From an uncultured Acidobacteriota bacterium (lineage in GTDB: Bacteria > Acidobacteriota > Thermoanaerobaculia > UBA5066 > Gp7-AA6): 64,000 nt of DNA. Location: contig CAWAKL010000001.1 in assembly GCA_963782585.1 (NCBI GenBank), positions 250,133 through 314,132 of the forward strand, given 5' to 3'. The number at the start of each line of letters is the position of its first letter. Within the stretch, counting starts at the first letter, position 1. This document shows, in pieces, positions 8,635 through 18,803 of the stretch. The notes beneath the pieces were generated by a model. It was not told the DNA's origin. It saw nothing but the letters and a program-made list of their open reading frames with translations, and ran no database searches. Position numbers and translations under genes: made by a program.

Positions 8635-10136
8635 ATGTCGACGCCGGTCATCATGCCCCAGATGGGCGAGTCCATCGCCGAGGGCACCATCACCAAGTGG
8701 CTCAAGAAAGTCGGCGACACGATCAAGCGCGACGAGCCGATCTTCGAGATCTCGACCGACAAGGTCGACGCCGAGATCCCCTCGCCGGTCGCGGGAACGC
8801 TCCTCGAGATCAAGGTCGCCGAGGGTCAGACGGTGGCGATCAACACGGTCGTCGGGACGATCGGCGAAGCGGGCGAACAAGCCGCCTCGGCACCAGCCAC
8901 CGCCTCCGCCGAAGCTACGGAGGTCAAGCCCGCTGCCCAGCCGCCAGCGGCGCCTGCTCCGGCGGCTCAGGCCGACGGCGCTTCGGCCAAGACCACCGCC
9001 TCCGCCGAGGCTACGGCGGTCAAGCCGGCGCCGGCTCCGCCGGCGGCCCCACCCGCTCCCGCGCGGCCCGCGGCCGCTCCGCCCGCCACCGCCGTCCGCC
9101 GAGGCTCCGGCCGTCAGGGCCCCCGCACCGCGTGTCGAGCCTGCCCCGAGCGCCGGCGGCCAGGTCGAGTCGATCGAGGAGCGCATCCGCCGCAAGTCCT
9201 CGCCCCTCGTCCGCAAGATTGCGCAGGAAAACGCGATCGACATCTCCGAGATCGAGGGCACCGGCATCCACAACCGCGTCACGAAGAACGACGTCTTCTC
9301 CTACCTCGAGAACCGCAAGGTCGCGCAGGCGCCCATCCGCGGTTCGGCCGCGCCGGCCGAGGCGCCCGATGGTCGGACGGGCCGAGCCGGCGGAAGCGCC
9401 CGCGCCGCGCCCGGCGATCCCGGTGACCGAGCGGGATGAAGTCGTCGCGATGTCCAAGATCCGGAGGATCACCGCCGAGAACATGATGCTCTCGAAGCGG
9501 ACCTCGGCGCACGTCACCACCGTCTTCTCGGTCGACTACACGAACATCGCGCGGCTGCGGGCGAAGCACAAGGACGACTTCCTGGCGAAGAACGGCGTCA
9601 AGCTCACGTACCTGCCCTTCATCTTCCGGTCCGTGATCCAGTCGATTCCGCAGTTTCCCCAGGTCAACGCGTCGATCGACGGGGAAAACATCGTCTACCA
9701 CAAGGACGTGCACCTCGGGATGGCCGTGGCCCTCGACTGGGGCCTCATCGTTCCGATCATCAAGAACGCCGACGAGAAGTCGATCCTCGGCCTGGCCCGC
9801 GCGTCGCAGGACCTGGCCGAGCGCGCCCGCACCAAGCGCCTGAAGCCGGAGGAGATCCAGGGCGGCACGTTCACCGTGACGAATCCGGGGGTGTTCGGCT
9901 CGCTCTTCGGGACGCCGATCATCCCGCAGCCGCAGGTCGCGATCCTCGGTGTCGGCACGATCGAGAAGCGGCCCGTGGTGGTTAACGACGAGAACGGCCA
10001 GGACGCGCTGGGCATCCGGACGACGGGCTATCTCGCGCTGTCCTTCGATCATCGCCTGATCGACGGCGCCGACGCCGATCAGTTCATGGCGGCCGTCAAG
10101 AAGACCCTCGAGACGGGAGAGTTCGACCTCGGTTAG
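8635..10136 (+). pseudogene. Dihydrolipoamide acyltransferase (E2; lipoyl domain + E3-binding domain + catalytic domain), interrupted by two +1 frameshifts (about 9085-9095 and 9365-9375) inside Ala/Pro-rich linkers
   Basis: ATG 8635 preceded by AGGGAGGAG. The lipoyl domain (frame 1) carries IFEISTDKV around the lipoyl-lysine. The E3-binding domain SPLVRKIAQENAIDISEIEGTGIHNRVTKNDV is readable only in frame 2. The catalytic domain (DHRLIDGA) is in frame 0. Confidence 0.75.
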
Positions 10137-10139
10137 GGA

Positions 10140-11364
10140 TCTCGAGGTCCCCCGGCTCGGCCGGCGAGCCGCCGCCGGGCTCTTCCTGCTCGCACTCGCC
10201 GCGCGAGTCGCCGCGATCGCCTGGTTCGGGATCGCGACCACGCGCTTCGGCGACGCGCAGTCCTACCGGCGGGCCGCGGCGGAGCTCGTCGAAACCGGCC
10301 GATACCCGAAACGCACCGAGCCGTACTACTTCCGGGCGCCCGGCTATCCGTTCTTCCTGGCCGCGGCGACGCTCGGCCATCCCCGGTCGGTCGTGGCCGG
10401 AAAGGCGGTCAACGCGGTCGTCGGCGCCCTCGGCGTCCTCGTTCTCGCCGCGCTGTCGGCCCGGATCTTTCGAAGCCGGAGGATCGCGCTGGCGACCGGG
10501 ATCGCCGGCGCGCTGCACCCGGGCCTCGTCATGCTCTCGACCGACGTCCAGAGCGAGCCGCTGTTCGTCCTGCTCCTGCTGTGCTCGGCGTACCTCCTGC
10601 TCGTCGCCGCTGATCGGCCGTCCTCGAATCTCGCCATCGCGGCCGGGGCGGGACTCGCGCTCGCCGCCCTCACTCGCCCCTCTGCTCTCGCGCTCGCGCC
10701 GCTCGTCGCGGCTCCCCTCTTCGACCGGCGCTGGCCGTGGCGCGTCCGCGGGCAGGTGGCGGCCTCGGCGGTCCTGGGGCTCTTTCTGACCCTGCTGCCC
10801 TGGACGCTCCGCAACGCCCTGGTCTTTCGCGAGCTCGTGCCGGTCAACGACGCCGCCGGCAGCGCCTTCTACCAGGGCAACTCCGACTGGATGGTCCGTT
10901 TCTACGAGGTCGAGTCGCTCCCGGAGTACCGGACCTGGGTGACCGCGGCGTTCTCCGATCTCGAGCGCGAGACGAGGCGGATCGACGAGGCGAGCGGAGG
11001 CTCGCCGGCGGCGTTGTCCCGACACTTCGTCCGGAAGACGTTCGAAGAGCGCCGAGGCGATCCCGGCGGCTGGGCCCGCCTGCTCGGGCGCAAGGCCTGG
11101 GACTGGCTCCGGCCGTATCCGAGCCCGCTGTTCTGGCCCCCGTGGGTCCTGTGGGTCGTCGGGTCAGTCAACGTCCTCGTCGCGGTGTTCGCGGTTCGCG
11201 GCTTCGCGAGAGCGCCGGGAGGCGTGCGCGCCTTCGCGCTGACCTATCTCGCCGTGACCATGCTCGCGCACGTTCTCTTCATCGTCGTGTGGCGCTACCG
11301 GATCGCCTCCTGGGATCCCGTGCTGCTCCTCTTCGCGGCGCCGGGCGCTCTGGGACGCCGATGA
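10140..11364 (+). CDS. PMT_2/ArnT-like (GT39/GT83-type) GT-C membrane glycosyltransferase; 5' end uncertain (no canonical start codon upstream of first ATG at 10393)
   Basis: The frame is open from just after the E2 stop and encodes the N-terminal TM helix plus the FGDAQSYRRAAAELVETGRY motif (DxxxY-like region). Only the ATG at 10393 is a canonical start. Confidence 0.6.
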
Positions 11365-12152
11365 TCGGCGACGCGCTGCGATCGGTCCGCACGCTCGGGT
11401 TGCGGCTCGCGAGTCCGCTCGACCGCGCCTGGCGGAAAGCCACCGGGCGCCGCGAGCTTCCGCCGCTCTGGCTGCGCCGCCATACCGGCTCCGTCACGGC
11501 GTTCGAGAGCGCGGCGCGAGAGACCGGAGCGTTCCTGGATCGCCTCGATCTCGCGCGCGACGCGCGTCTGGTCCTCGACGTCGGATGCGGCGCCGGCGCG
11601 ATGGTCGAAGAGCTCCTGCGCCGCCTGCCGGCGGAGGGACGCTACGTCGGGTTCGATGTGCACGCGGCCTCCATCGCCTGGTGCCGGCGGCGCTGGGCGG
11701 ACGAGCCGAGAGCCGCTTTCGAGCTCGCGCCGGTGGCCTCGCCCTACGGGTCCCAATCCGGGCCCCCGGCGGCGGGCTACCGCTTTCCGATCGCGAGCGG
11801 CGAAGCGGACCTCGTCCTCGCCAAGTCCGTATTCACGCACCTGCTCGAGGCCGACGCGCGGCGCTATCTCGCCGAGACGCGGCGCGTGCTCCGCCCGGGA
11901 AAGCCCGCGGTCGTCACGGCGTTCCTCTACGAGGCGGGCGCCTCCGGAGTGGAAACGGCCTTCCCGCTCCCGGTGGCGGACGGCTTGCGCGTCCGATGGC
12001 GCGCGCGGCCGACGGCGGCCGTGGCATGGGAGAAGACGCGGTTCCTCGCGATGCTCGAGGAGGCCGGCCTGCGCCTGCAGTGGCACTCCGAGGGCTATTA
12101 CCCCGGACGCGATCGCCTGACGGCTCAGGACATCCTCCTTCTCGGACATTAG
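11361..12152 (+). CDS. Class I SAM-dependent methyltransferase
   Basis: ATG 11361 overlaps the upstream stop (ATGA). Has the VLDVGCGAGAM motif. Confidence 0.75.
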   Translation: MIGDALRSVRTLGLRLASPLDRAWRKATGRRELPPLWLRRHTGSVTAFESAARETGAFLDRLDLARDARLVLDVGCGAGAMVEELLRRLPAEGRYVGFDVHAASIAWCRRRWADEPRAAFELAPVASPYGSQSGPPAAGYRFPIASGEADLVLAKSVFTHLLEADARRYLAETRRVLRPGKPAVVTAFLYEAGASGVETAFPLPVADGLRVRWRARPTAAVAWEKTRFLAMLEEAGLRLQWHSEGYYPGRDRLTAQDILLLGH

Positions 12153-12161
12153 ACTGTCCGC

Positions 12162-12842
12162 ATGGAGGCGATCGTGGCGCCCGCGACCCGCACGCTCCGC
12201 GCCCACTGGCTCGGGCGCGTGTCGTACGACGACGCCCTCGCCGCGCAGGGCGAGGCGGCGAAGCGGGCGGCCTCCGGGGATGAGTCCCTTTTCCTTCTGG
12301 AGCACGAGCCGGTCTTCACGCTCGGTCGCAACGCCACGGCGGAGGACATCCTGTTCACGCCCGAACGCTGCCGCGAGCTCGGCGTCGTCGTCCGCGAGTG
12401 CGACCGCGGAGGCAAGGTCACGTACCACGGCCCCGGCCAGCTCGTGGGCTATCCGATCCTCAACCTCGCGCCGGACCGCAAGGACGTGAAGCGCTACGTC
12501 CGGGACCTCGAGGAGGTCCTCATCCGCACGCTCGGCGGTTTCGGCATCCGCGCCGAACGCTCGCCCATCCGGGAGCGGGTCACATCCGTCTGGGTCGGCA
12601 ACGACAAGATCGCAGCCATCGGCATCCACATCGCGCGCTGGGTCACGACCCACGGGTTCGCCCTCAACGTGACGAACGAGCCGCTGCCGTTTTTCGGCGG
12701 GATCGTTCCCTGCGGGATCACGGACGGCGGCGTCACCACGATGGAACGCCTCGTGGGCCGCCCGGTCGTGCTCTCGGAGTTGCTCGAGCCCATCCGCTCG
12801 CATTTTTCGGACGTCTTCGGACGGGAGATAATCCCGGCGTGA
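12162..12842 (+). CDS. lipB: Octanoyltransferase LipB
   Basis: 226 aa. LipB motifs present ([29 protein letters not shown]). Confidence 0.9.
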   Translation: MEAIVAPATRTLRAHWLGRVSYDDALAAQGEAAKRAASGDESLFLLEHEPVFTLGRNATAEDILFTPERCRELGVVVRECDRGGKVTYHGPGQLVGYPILNLAPDRKDVKRYVRDLEEVLIRTLGGFGIRAERSPIRERVTSVWVGNDKIAAIGIHIARWVTTHGFALNVTNEPLPFFGGIVPCGITDGGVTTMERLVGRPVVLSELLEPIRSHFSDVFGREIIPA

Positions 12843-13774
12843 ACGGCCCTTTGGAGCTGCCCGTCCTCGCGCCTGCCCCGCCCTCGCGCCCCTCCCGGCT
12901 CGAGCGGCCGGAGTGGCTCAAGGTCCGCCTCAACACGACCGGCGAATACGAGGAGGTGCGCGCCATGATGCGCCGCCTCTCGCTCGTGACGGTGTGCGAG
13001 GAGGCCCGCTGCCCCAACATCCACGAGTGCTGGGCGCGGGAGCGGACGGCGACCTTCATGCTGATGGGCGACATCTGCACGCGCCATTGCGGCTTCTGCG
13101 CCGTCGGCAAGGGCCGGCCCGGAAGCCTCGACCCCGGCGAGCCGGGGCGCGTGGCCGAGGCGGCCCGGGAGCTCGGCCTGTCGCACGCGGTCGTCACCTC
13201 GGTCAACCGCGACGACCTCCCCGACGGCGGCGCGGCCCACTTCGCCGAGACGATCCGGTCCATCCGGGAACGCAACCCCGGGTGCACGGTGGAAGTTCTG
13301 ATCCCCGACTTCCAGGGGAACTGGTCGGCCCTCGAAACGGTGCTCGACGCGAAGCCCGAGATCCTGAACCACAACGTCGAGACGGTGCCCCGACTCTATC
13401 GGCGGGTGCGCCCCGACGCGAAGTACGCGCAGTCGCTCGAGCTGCTCTCCCGCGCGCGGACCTGGCGCGACGAACGGGCGCTGCCCTTGCGCACCAAATC
13501 CGGCCTGATGGTCGGGCTGGGGGAATCCCTGGACGAGCTGCTGGCGACGCTCTCGGAGCTTCATGCCTCGGGCTGCGACATCGCGACGGTCGGGCAGTAT
13601 CTCCAGCCCTACGAGCGCCGGCTGCCGGTCGAGCGCTACTACACGCCGGACGAGTTCGCGGCCATCCGCGAGCGCGCCGAGGCCATGGGCTTTTTTCGAG
13701 TGGAGTCCGGCCCGCTCGTCCGTTCTTCGTACCACGCGCGCCGCGCGCTCGCTCCGGCGAGCCCGGCGGCCTGA
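12839..13774 (+). CDS. lipA: Lipoyl synthase LipA (radical SAM)
   Basis: GTG 12839 overlaps the lipB stop (GTGA). Has [12 protein letters not shown] and CTRHCGFC cysteine clusters. Confidence 0.9.
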   Translation: MNGPLELPVLAPAPPSRPSRLERPEWLKVRLNTTGEYEEVRAMMRRLSLVTVCEEARCPNIHECWARERTATFMLMGDICTRHCGFCAVGKGRPGSLDPGEPGRVAEAARELGLSHAVVTSVNRDDLPDGGAAHFAETIRSIRERNPGCTVEVLIPDFQGNWSALETVLDAKPEILNHNVETVPRLYRRVRPDAKYAQSLELLSRARTWRDERALPLRTKSGLMVGLGESLDELLATLSELHASGCDIATVGQYLQPYERRLPVERYYTPDEFAAIRERAEAMGFFRVESGPLVRSSYHARRALAPASPAA

Positions 13775-13783
13775 GGAGACAGC

Positions 13784-14539
13784 ATGTCCCATCGGAGCCT
13801 CCGGATCCTCTCCATCCTCGCCTGCGCGCTTCTCGCCGCCGCCGCCGCGTTTGCCCAGAACCGGGGGGCCACGCGCACCAAGTTCATTTCCGCGATCTAC
13901 CCGGAGGACCCCGACAAGAAGGACATCCAGGGCAACGTCCTGCTGATCGGCCGGATCGACAAGGAGGGCAACGTCTCGGACCTCCACGTCGTCGCCGCGA
14001 CGGGCAAGGAGTTCATCGCACCGGCGATGGACTCGGTGCGCCTGTGGAAGTTCTCCCCGGCCATGCGCGATGGGAAGCCCATCGAGAGCCCGCTCAACGC
14101 GGGCGTGCGCTTCCGCATGACGGGCGGAGGCCGCGGGCGGATTCCGCGACCGATTCTGGGCGACCTCGCCGTCTTCCCCGCCGACGCTTCGGGGGCGAAG
14201 ACCGGCCCGGACGGCTTCCCGCTCTGGAAGGGGAAGGACGCCGCATTCCGCGCCGAGGTCCTGCTCGACGTCCCCCCCTCCGAGCAGCCGCGCACGATGA
14301 CTGTGAAGGTCGAGGCGGTCTCGCCCTCCGGCCGGAAGGTACCGCTCTTTCAGCCGCCGGTCGCGATCCCTGCTCTCGCGACCGAGGTGACCTTCCCCGC
14401 CGTCGCGCAGATCGGAACGGACTGGGAGGACGGAGTCTGGATCCTGCGTTTCTCCGTCGACGGAAGCAACGCCGGAGGCGGCCAGTTCTGGCTCGCGAAG
14501 GACCCGCTGACCTTTCCCTTCGCGCTTCCCGTGCTGTGA
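13784..14539 (+). CDS. Secreted TonB C-terminal-domain-like protein
   Basis: Signal peptide (ILSILACALLAAAAAFAQN). A TonB_C-like block follows (AIYPEDPDKKDIQGNVLLIGRIDKEGNVSDLHVV). Confidence 0.65.
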   Translation: MSHRSLRILSILACALLAAAAAFAQNRGATRTKFISAIYPEDPDKKDIQGNVLLIGRIDKEGNVSDLHVVAATGKEFIAPAMDSVRLWKFSPAMRDGKPIESPLNAGVRFRMTGGGRGRIPRPILGDLAVFPADASGAKTGPDGFPLWKGKDAAFRAEVLLDVPPSEQPRTMTVKVEAVSPSGRKVPLFQPPVAIPALATEVTFPAVAQIGTDWEDGVWILRFSVDGSNAGGGQFWLAKDPLTFPFALPVL

Positions 14540-15276
14540 CGTTCGCTCCGCGACTGGCGGCCGCGCTCGGCGCGGTTCTCCTCGGCGCCCTGGCCGCGAG
14601 CGCGACGGCGCAATCAGCCCCCGCAGCCTGCGAGGGGATCACGCCGCCGCGCCGTCTGACGACGGCGTTCGTCACGCTGCCTGCGTCCTACACCGCGACG
14701 CGGCTCGGGGGGATCGTCGTCGACGAGGCCGTCATCGGAATCGACGGCCGGGTCTCGGGCGTGCGTGTCGTTCGTGCGCGCGTGGAAGGCCTCGCCCCCT
14801 TCGGCCAGAAGTCGATCGAGGAGTCGATCTTCGACCCCGCGCTGATGGAAGGCAATCCCGTGGCGACGCGGGTCCAGATCGCGACGACGCTCGGGACCGT
14901 CTCCAAAGCCCGCATCGAGCCCGAGTACGACATCCTGTGGGCGCACGTCTCGGGCGGCCAGTCGCGCGAGGCGCGGTGGCAGCTCGCCCAGAGCGTCGAG
15001 AGCCTGACCGTCACCGCGCACCTGGGCACGCTTACCGGTAAGGGGGGCGACGTCGTCGCCGTCGCGCCCGACGGCAAAGAGTTGATCCTCGCCCGTGTGC
15101 CGCCTTCCGAAAAGCCGGTCGACCTGACGGAGACGGTGTCGACGGAACGGTTCCTGTGGGCGGCGGGGGACTACCGGCTGGAGCTTCGATCCGACGGCCG
15201 GACTCTCGCCTGGACGACCCTGACGATCGCCGACGATTACACGCGCGCGATCGTCAACGCCTGTCGGCCGCTCTGA
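14536..15276 (+). CDS. Second secreted TonB-C-like / hypothetical protein
   Basis: GTG 14536 overlaps the upstream stop (GTGA). Has a signal peptide (LAAALGAVLLGALAASATAQ). Confidence 0.55.
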   Translation: MTFAPRLAAALGAVLLGALAASATAQSAPAACEGITPPRRLTTAFVTLPASYTATRLGGIVVDEAVIGIDGRVSGVRVVRARVEGLAPFGQKSIEESIFDPALMEGNPVATRVQIATTLGTVSKARIEPEYDILWAHVSGGQSREARWQLAQSVESLTVTAHLGTLTGKGGDVVAVAPDGKELILARVPPSEKPVDLTETVSTERFLWAAGDYRLELRSDGRTLAWTTLTIADDYTRAIVNACRPL

Positions 15277-15286
15277 GAGCCGATGC

Positions 15287-15314
15287 AAAAAGGCCGGGGC
15301 ACCCGGCCCCGGCC
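15287..15314 (-). terminator. Intrinsic-terminator-like hairpin (9-bp GC stem GGCCGGGGC/GCCCCGGCC, 5-nt loop) followed on the minus strand by TTTTT
   Basis: Read from sequence. Lies in the 180-nt convergent gap between the TonB-like gene (+) and the radical SAM gene (-). Also sits 16 nt after the plus-strand stop. Confidence 0.5.
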
Positions 15315-15455
15315 CGCACGCGATCCCCTCGACTCCCCGTTCCCTGCGTCTAGTTTCGCACGCGGACTCCCTCCGTGTCGACCGGTTCGGGGACGTGGGT
15401 GTGATCGGAGTGCGTTGCGCGGAAACCGGACACTGTCCGGCCGGTCAAATTCCGA

Positions 15456-16535
15456 TCAGCTGAGCTGTCGGCTGTCGCTGTCAGCTCTCGATGCGAAATC
15501 GCGAATGTCCCTGAAGGGCTTCTCTCTGTCTGAGAAGTCGGGACGGTAGTACTTCGCCGACGTCTCGAGCTCCTGCTCGAAGCCATGCGAGAAACCGTTC
15601 GCCTCGAGCGCGTCGAGCGCCTCGCGCCACTCGGCCGCGGTGATCGAGCGGTCGAGCGCGCGGTACTTCTCGTTCGAGGCGGCCCGGTGGATCGGGTAGT
15701 ACTGGGCCATGAGCGAGATCGCGACGGAGGGCGAGAGCGTTTCGGCGATCCAGGCCAGCGACTCCGAGACACCCGCGACGCCGTTGGGAAGAACGAGCAG
15801 GCGCACGAGCAGCCCGCTCTTCAAGAGGCCATCCTCGCCCATCTCGAGGCGGCCCCCCTTCTGCCGGTACATCTCGATGAGGGCCGCGCGCGCATGCCGC
15901 GCATAGTCGGGCACCTTGGAGTAGAGCGCGCCCGCCTCCGAGTCCGCGTACTTGAAGTCCGGGAGGTAGACGTCGACGATGCCTTCGAGCAGCCGCAGGA
16001 CCTCGACCGAGTCGTAGGCGTTGGTGTTGTAGACGATCGGGAGAGAGAGGCCCTCGCGTGCGGCGAGCAGCACCGCCTTCGCCATCTGGGGAGCGAAGTG
16101 CGTCGGCGAGACGAAGCCGATGTTGTGACAGCCGCGGGCCTGGAGCTCCAGGGCCATCTCCGCCAGCCGTTCGACGGAGACCTCGTTGGTCTTCTGGACC
16201 GTGTAGTCCTGGCTGATTTGAAAGTTCTGGCAGTACACGCAGCGCAGGTTGCAGTTGCCGAAGAAGATATTGCCGGCCCCCTTCGTCCCCGACAGGCAGG
16301 GCTCCTCGCCGAAGTGCGGCGTATGGGACGAGACGATCGGCCGCTCAGCCGAGGCGCAGGAAGCGAGAACACCCGCCAGGCGGTCGTTGCCGCAGTCGCG
16401 CGGACAGACCGTGCAGGCCCTGAGAAGCGCGTAGAGCCGCTCCACCCGCTCCTCGAGCTCTCCCGAGGCGAGCAGCCGCGCATATCCGGGCTCGTAGGCG
16501 TCCATGGGCATGATCCGAGCGCGAAAGTTTAGCAT
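15456..16535 (-). CDS. Radical SAM protein (PflX/pyruvate-formate-lyase-activase-like family)
   Basis: CNLRCVYCQN motif and the overall pattern. Start is ambiguous among ATGs at 16535, 16511 and 16505. Confidence 0.75.
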   Translation of the reverse strand: MLNFRARIMPMDAYEPGYARLLASGELEERVERLYALLRACTVCPRDCGNDRLAGVLASCASAERPIVSSHTPHFGEEPCLSGTKGAGNIFFGNCNLRCVYCQNFQISQDYTVQKTNEVSVERLAEMALELQARGCHNIGFVSPTHFAPQMAKAVLLAAREGLSLPIVYNTNAYDSVEVLRLLEGIVDVYLPDFKYADSEAGALYSKVPDYARHARAALIEMYRQKGGRLEMGEDGLLKSGLLVRLLVLPNGVAGVSESLAWIAETLSPSVAISLMAQYYPIHRAASNEKYRALDRSITAAEWREALDALEANGFSHGFEQELETSAKYYRPDFSDREKPFRDIRDFASRADSDSRQLS

Positions 16536-16540
16536 TCGGC

Positions 16541-17017
16541 ATGCCCGAGTCCTGGCGCACGCGGATCACGAGGTGGGGCTTCAACCTCTTTCCGGCCTGG
16601 CGCGGAACGGGCGCCCGCGTCACCTACATCGCGGACGACTGGCGCGAGGTGCGGGTTCGCCTCCCCCTCTCCTGGCGCACGCGCAACTACGTCGGGACCA
16701 TCTTCGGGGGGAGCCTCTACGCCGCGGCCGACCCGATGTACATGATCATGCTCATCCGGAACCTTGGTCCGGCCTACACCGTCTGGGACAAGGCCGCGAC
16801 GATCCGGTTCCAGAAGCCCGGCCGTTCGACCCTATATGCGCGGTTCGTCCTCGACGAGGGCGAGCTCCTGGAGATCCGGAGGCTTCTCCAAACGGCTCCG
16901 TCGATCGACCGTGTCTACGTCGTGGAGCTCGCCGATGCGGACGGCGCCGTGCACGCGACCGTGGAGAAGACGATCTACATCCGGACGGACTCGGGGCGCA
17001 GCCGCGGAAGCGCCTGA
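16541..17017 (+). CDS. DUF4442/YiiD-C-terminal-like hot-dog fold (putative thioesterase) protein
   Basis: 158-aa compact ORF, divergent from the radical SAM gene. Confidence 0.6.
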   Translation: MPESWRTRITRWGFNLFPAWRGTGARVTYIADDWREVRVRLPLSWRTRNYVGTIFGGSLYAAADPMYMIMLIRNLGPAYTVWDKAATIRFQKPGRSTLYARFVLDEGELLEIRRLLQTAPSIDRVYVVELADADGAVHATVEKTIYIRTDSGRSRGSA

Positions 17018-17865
17018 CGCCCCCGCCAGAACCCTTCCCACGGATCGCCCTGTTTGAGGCGGCGCTCGAAGTTGCCGAGGTGGAACTTCGCGGGATCGAG
17101 CGACGAACGCACCTCCGACCAGTCGAGGGGTGTCGAGACGAGAGCGTGCGGCCGCGCACGCACCGAGTACGGCGTGACGACCGTCTGGGCGAAGCCGTTG
17201 CGCGCCGCGTCGAGATAGAGACGGCCGCGCCGGCTCGCGATGCGGGTCTCGTCGGTCAGCTCCTTCGGATACGCCTGCGCGAGAAGGCCGCCGAGCGCTC
17301 GCGCAAACCCGTGGACCTCGTCGGCGTCGGGCCCCCTCCGGATCGGGACGAACACGTGGAGCCCCTTTCCGCCGGACGTCTTGACCCAGGAGGTCAGGCG
17401 GAGCGCCTCGAGCGCCTCGCGGACCCGGAGCGCCGCGGCGATCGCCGCCGGAAATCCGCCCTTTCCCGGATCGAGGTCGAAACAGACCCAGTCGGGCTTC
17501 CGCGGCGCGTCCGCGCGGCTCCCCCAGACGTGCACGGCAATGCAACCGAAGTTCGCGAGGGCGAGCTGCGTCTCGCGCCGCCCGCCGACGACGTAGTTGG
17601 TGACCCCCTTCTCGTGCTGGATGGCTTTCGTGGGCGTCTTCGGCGGAAGCCCGCGGGGAGCCTCCTTCTGGTAGAAGCACTCTCCGCGAATGCCTTGCGG
17701 GCAGCGCTCGAGCGAGAGCAGGCGCCCGTTGACCCACGGCCGGAGCTTCGGAAAGACGCGGTCGTAGAAGACCGCGAGGTCCATTTTCGTGTAGCCGTCG
17801 CCGGGGAACAGGACGCGCTCCGGGTGCGTGATCGTGACGGGGAGGCTCTTGGGCCGGGCGCTCAT
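16975..17865 (-). CDS. LigD-type polymerase/primase (LigD_pol) domain protein, stand-alone
   Basis: ATG 17865 (MSARPKSLPVTITHPERVLFP…) overlaps the stop of the ligase gene (ATGA). Matches the LigD polymerase domain of the second LigD copy in this window. Confidence 0.75.
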   Translation of the reverse strand: MSARPKSLPVTITHPERVLFPGDGYTKMDLAVFYDRVFPKLRPWVNGRLLSLERCPQGIRGECFYQKEAPRGLPPKTPTKAIQHEKGVTNYVVGGRRETQLALANFGCIAVHVWGSRADAPRKPDWVCFDLDPGKGGFPAAIAAALRVREALEALRLTSWVKTSGGKGLHVFVPIRRGPDADEVHGFARALGGLLAQAYPKELTDETRIASRRGRLYLDAARNGFAQTVVTPYSVRARPHALVSTPLDWSEVRSSLDPAKFHLGNFERRLKQGDPWEGFWRGRQALPRLRPESVRM

Positions 17866-18803
17866 GGGAGCCTGGGAAGCCTCGCCTCGCGCGGGCTCTT
17901 GTCGTCGCGCAACCCGAGGAAGACGGGCTGGCGCAGCTTCGCATCGGCCGTCCATTCCTGGAAGGCGATCTGGGCCACGAGCTTCGGCAAAAGCCACGTC
18001 GCGTCCTTCTCGCGGGGCGGATCGACGAACGGCGGGCGGGCACGGATCAAGGGACGGAGCTTTTTGGAAAGCGACTCGAGCGTCGCTCCCGAAAACCCCG
18101 TTCCGACCTTCCCGACGAAGTGGAGGTCCCGACCCCGGTAGGCTCCGAGAAGCAGCGCCCCGAGGTGCTCGCGCGCTCCGCGCGGCGCGGTGAAGCCGCC
18201 CACGACGAGCTCCTCTTCCTGATGCACCTTGACCTTGAGCCACTTGAACCCCCGGCGTTCTTCGTAGGGCGACGACGCGTCCTTGGCAACGATGCCCTCG
18301 AAGCCACGGCGCCGTGCGATCCGGTAGGCCGAGAGCCCGTTGGCCGCGAGGCGGCGGGACAGGAGGATGCCGGCCTCAGCGCCTCCGACGGCCTTCTCGA
18401 GCTCCGCGCGGCGCACGTCGAGCGGCTCCTGCCGCAGGTCGCGGCCGTTTCTGTAAAGACAATCGAACACGGCGAAGACGTGCCGGGCCGAGCCGCGCTG
18501 AATCAGTTGGAACCGCGAGACCCGATGCTTGTCGAACGCCACCGCCTCTCCGTCGAGAAGCAGCGTCCGGTCGCGCAGCCGGCCGATCGCCTTCGCGATC
18601 TCCGCAAATGTCGCAGTCCGATCGATGTCGTTTCGCGAGAACAGGCGCGTCGCGCCGCCTTCCTTGTACGCAAGGATCCGGTAGCCGTCGTACTTCTCCT
18701 CGTAGACCCAGCCCGGCCGGTGGAACGGCTCGTCGACGAGCGTCGCGAGCATCGGCCGGATGTGGAAGGGAATCCGGGTCGCCGGGCGCCTCTCCGCGGT
18801 CAC
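17862..18803 (-). CDS. ATP-dependent DNA ligase (LigD ligase-domain type)
   Basis: Active-site lysine motif (EEKYDGYR). 313 aa. Confidence 0.85.
   Translation of the reverse strand: MTAERRPATRIPFHIRPMLATLVDEPFHRPGWVYEEKYDGYRILAYKEGGATRLFSRNDIDRTATFAEIAKAIGRLRDRTLLLDGEAVAFDKHRVSRFQLIQRGSARHVFAVFDCLYRNGRDLRQEPLDVRRAELEKAVGGAEAGILLSRRLAANGLSAYRIARRRGFEGIVAKDASSPYEERRGFKWLKVKVHQEEELVVGGFTAPRGAREHLGALLLGAYRGRDLHFVGKVGTGFSGATLESLSKKLRPLIRARPPFVDPPREKDATWLLPKLVAQIAFQEWTADAKLRQPVFLGLRDDKSPREARLPRLP

Noticed and set aside
15478-15494. 13-mer GCTGTCAGCTCTC shared between 15478 and 43106, considered as a dispersed repeat or sRNA motif
   Set aside because: At 15478 it lies within the radical-SAM coding 3' end. 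With both strands of 64 kb compared, tens of exact 13-mer matches are expected by chance. There is no extended similarity beyond the 13-mer.
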